Below are positions 63,279 through 64,000 of a DNA stretch of 64,000 nt, in pieces. The stretch's first letter is position 1. The number at the start of each line of letters is the position of its first letter. The DNA comes from Mobula hypostoma. Lineage: Eukaryota. The position numbers and the translations under genes were made by a program. The stretch lies in contig NC_086108.1 of the NCBI RefSeq assembly GCF_963921235.1, positions 43,216,001-43,280,000 on the forward strand, read 5' to 3'. The notes below the pieces were generated by a model. That model did no database searches and was not told the DNA's origin. It was given only the letters and a program-made list of their open reading frames with translations.

Positions 63279-64000
63279 TATTTTTGTTTCCATGTAATTT
63301 GGAGGCTTCCATTGTGTAGTTAGAATGCTGGAAACATTCAGGCAGCAATTGAAGAGAAACAGAGAAGAGCTTGTCCAAGTTAATGCCAAGTGTTTCCAAC
63401 ATTTTCTTTTTTATTTCAGATTTCTAGCATGTACACTTTAAAAAAAACCTTCTGACAATTAACAATGTAAAATGTAGCACGAATTCGTATCAGCCATGTT
63501 TTCTAATTGGATTCAGAGCAAAAAAAATCTCACGGAGACAAAAATATTTAAAAATAATGGTCTATTTGGTCACTCACACCAACGTCATTTAATAAAATCA
63601 TAATTGATCTCTACATTGGATATACCCAGCAAGAGCTGCTACAGAATTCCATAGAGTCACCACCATCTGAAAACATTTCTCTGCATTTCTTTACTGAACC
63701 ATTGTCCCCGTTTTGAAATTGTGGTTCCTGGTTCTAAACACCTGGTGTGAGGAAACATCATACCTAAATCTAGTCTGTCAGACCCCATAATAATTTTTGC
63801 CTGTTTCAGTGATGTAATTTTCTAATGCTCTCATTCAAAATTCATTCAAATGGATAAAGCTCTAATAATAAGTTCCATAACCATGATTACCCAAAAGTTT
63901 GAACAGTTTTAGGAGGTAGCCCCATCTAGCAAACTACTAGCAATTCACAAACAACATACTACGAGCTCAAGTTCATGATGTAATACTCTCTTTATTACTC

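Overview
Repeat-rich vertebrate genomic DNA. The CR1, Rex1/Babar, Penelope and V-SINE-type repeat mix suggests a cartilaginous fish, probably a ray; this is inference. There are three host genes, all on the minus strand. DBT (branched-chain keto-acid dehydrogenase E2) has coding exons 4-11 at 54514->35000. LRRC39 has its 5' end here, with the first two coding exons at 10050->9734. An intronless Tctex-1-domain (DYNLT4/5-like) ORF sits between them at 21498->20911. The rest is mostly nested transposons: CR1 LINEs, Rex1/Babar, RTE, Nimb-like, Penelope-like, Charlie/Buster hAT, Tigger and Tc1. Five observations stand out. (1) A 178-bp circularly permuted fragment of the CYHR1/ZFTRAF1 coding sequence lies inside a small TSD-flanked RTE-like insertion. 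(2) A Penelope-like element carries a minimal hammerhead ribozyme motif and has a family of short fold-back derivatives with 12-16-bp TSDs and a shared two-ended architecture. (3) DBT has a Gly->Glu codon in the conserved subunit-binding motif. (4) The Tctex-1 gene is inserted in the DBT-LRRC39 interval. (5) Some DNA transposons closely resemble mammalian Charlie3/MER1 and Tigger4. Family and gene assignments come from recalled motifs, not database searches.
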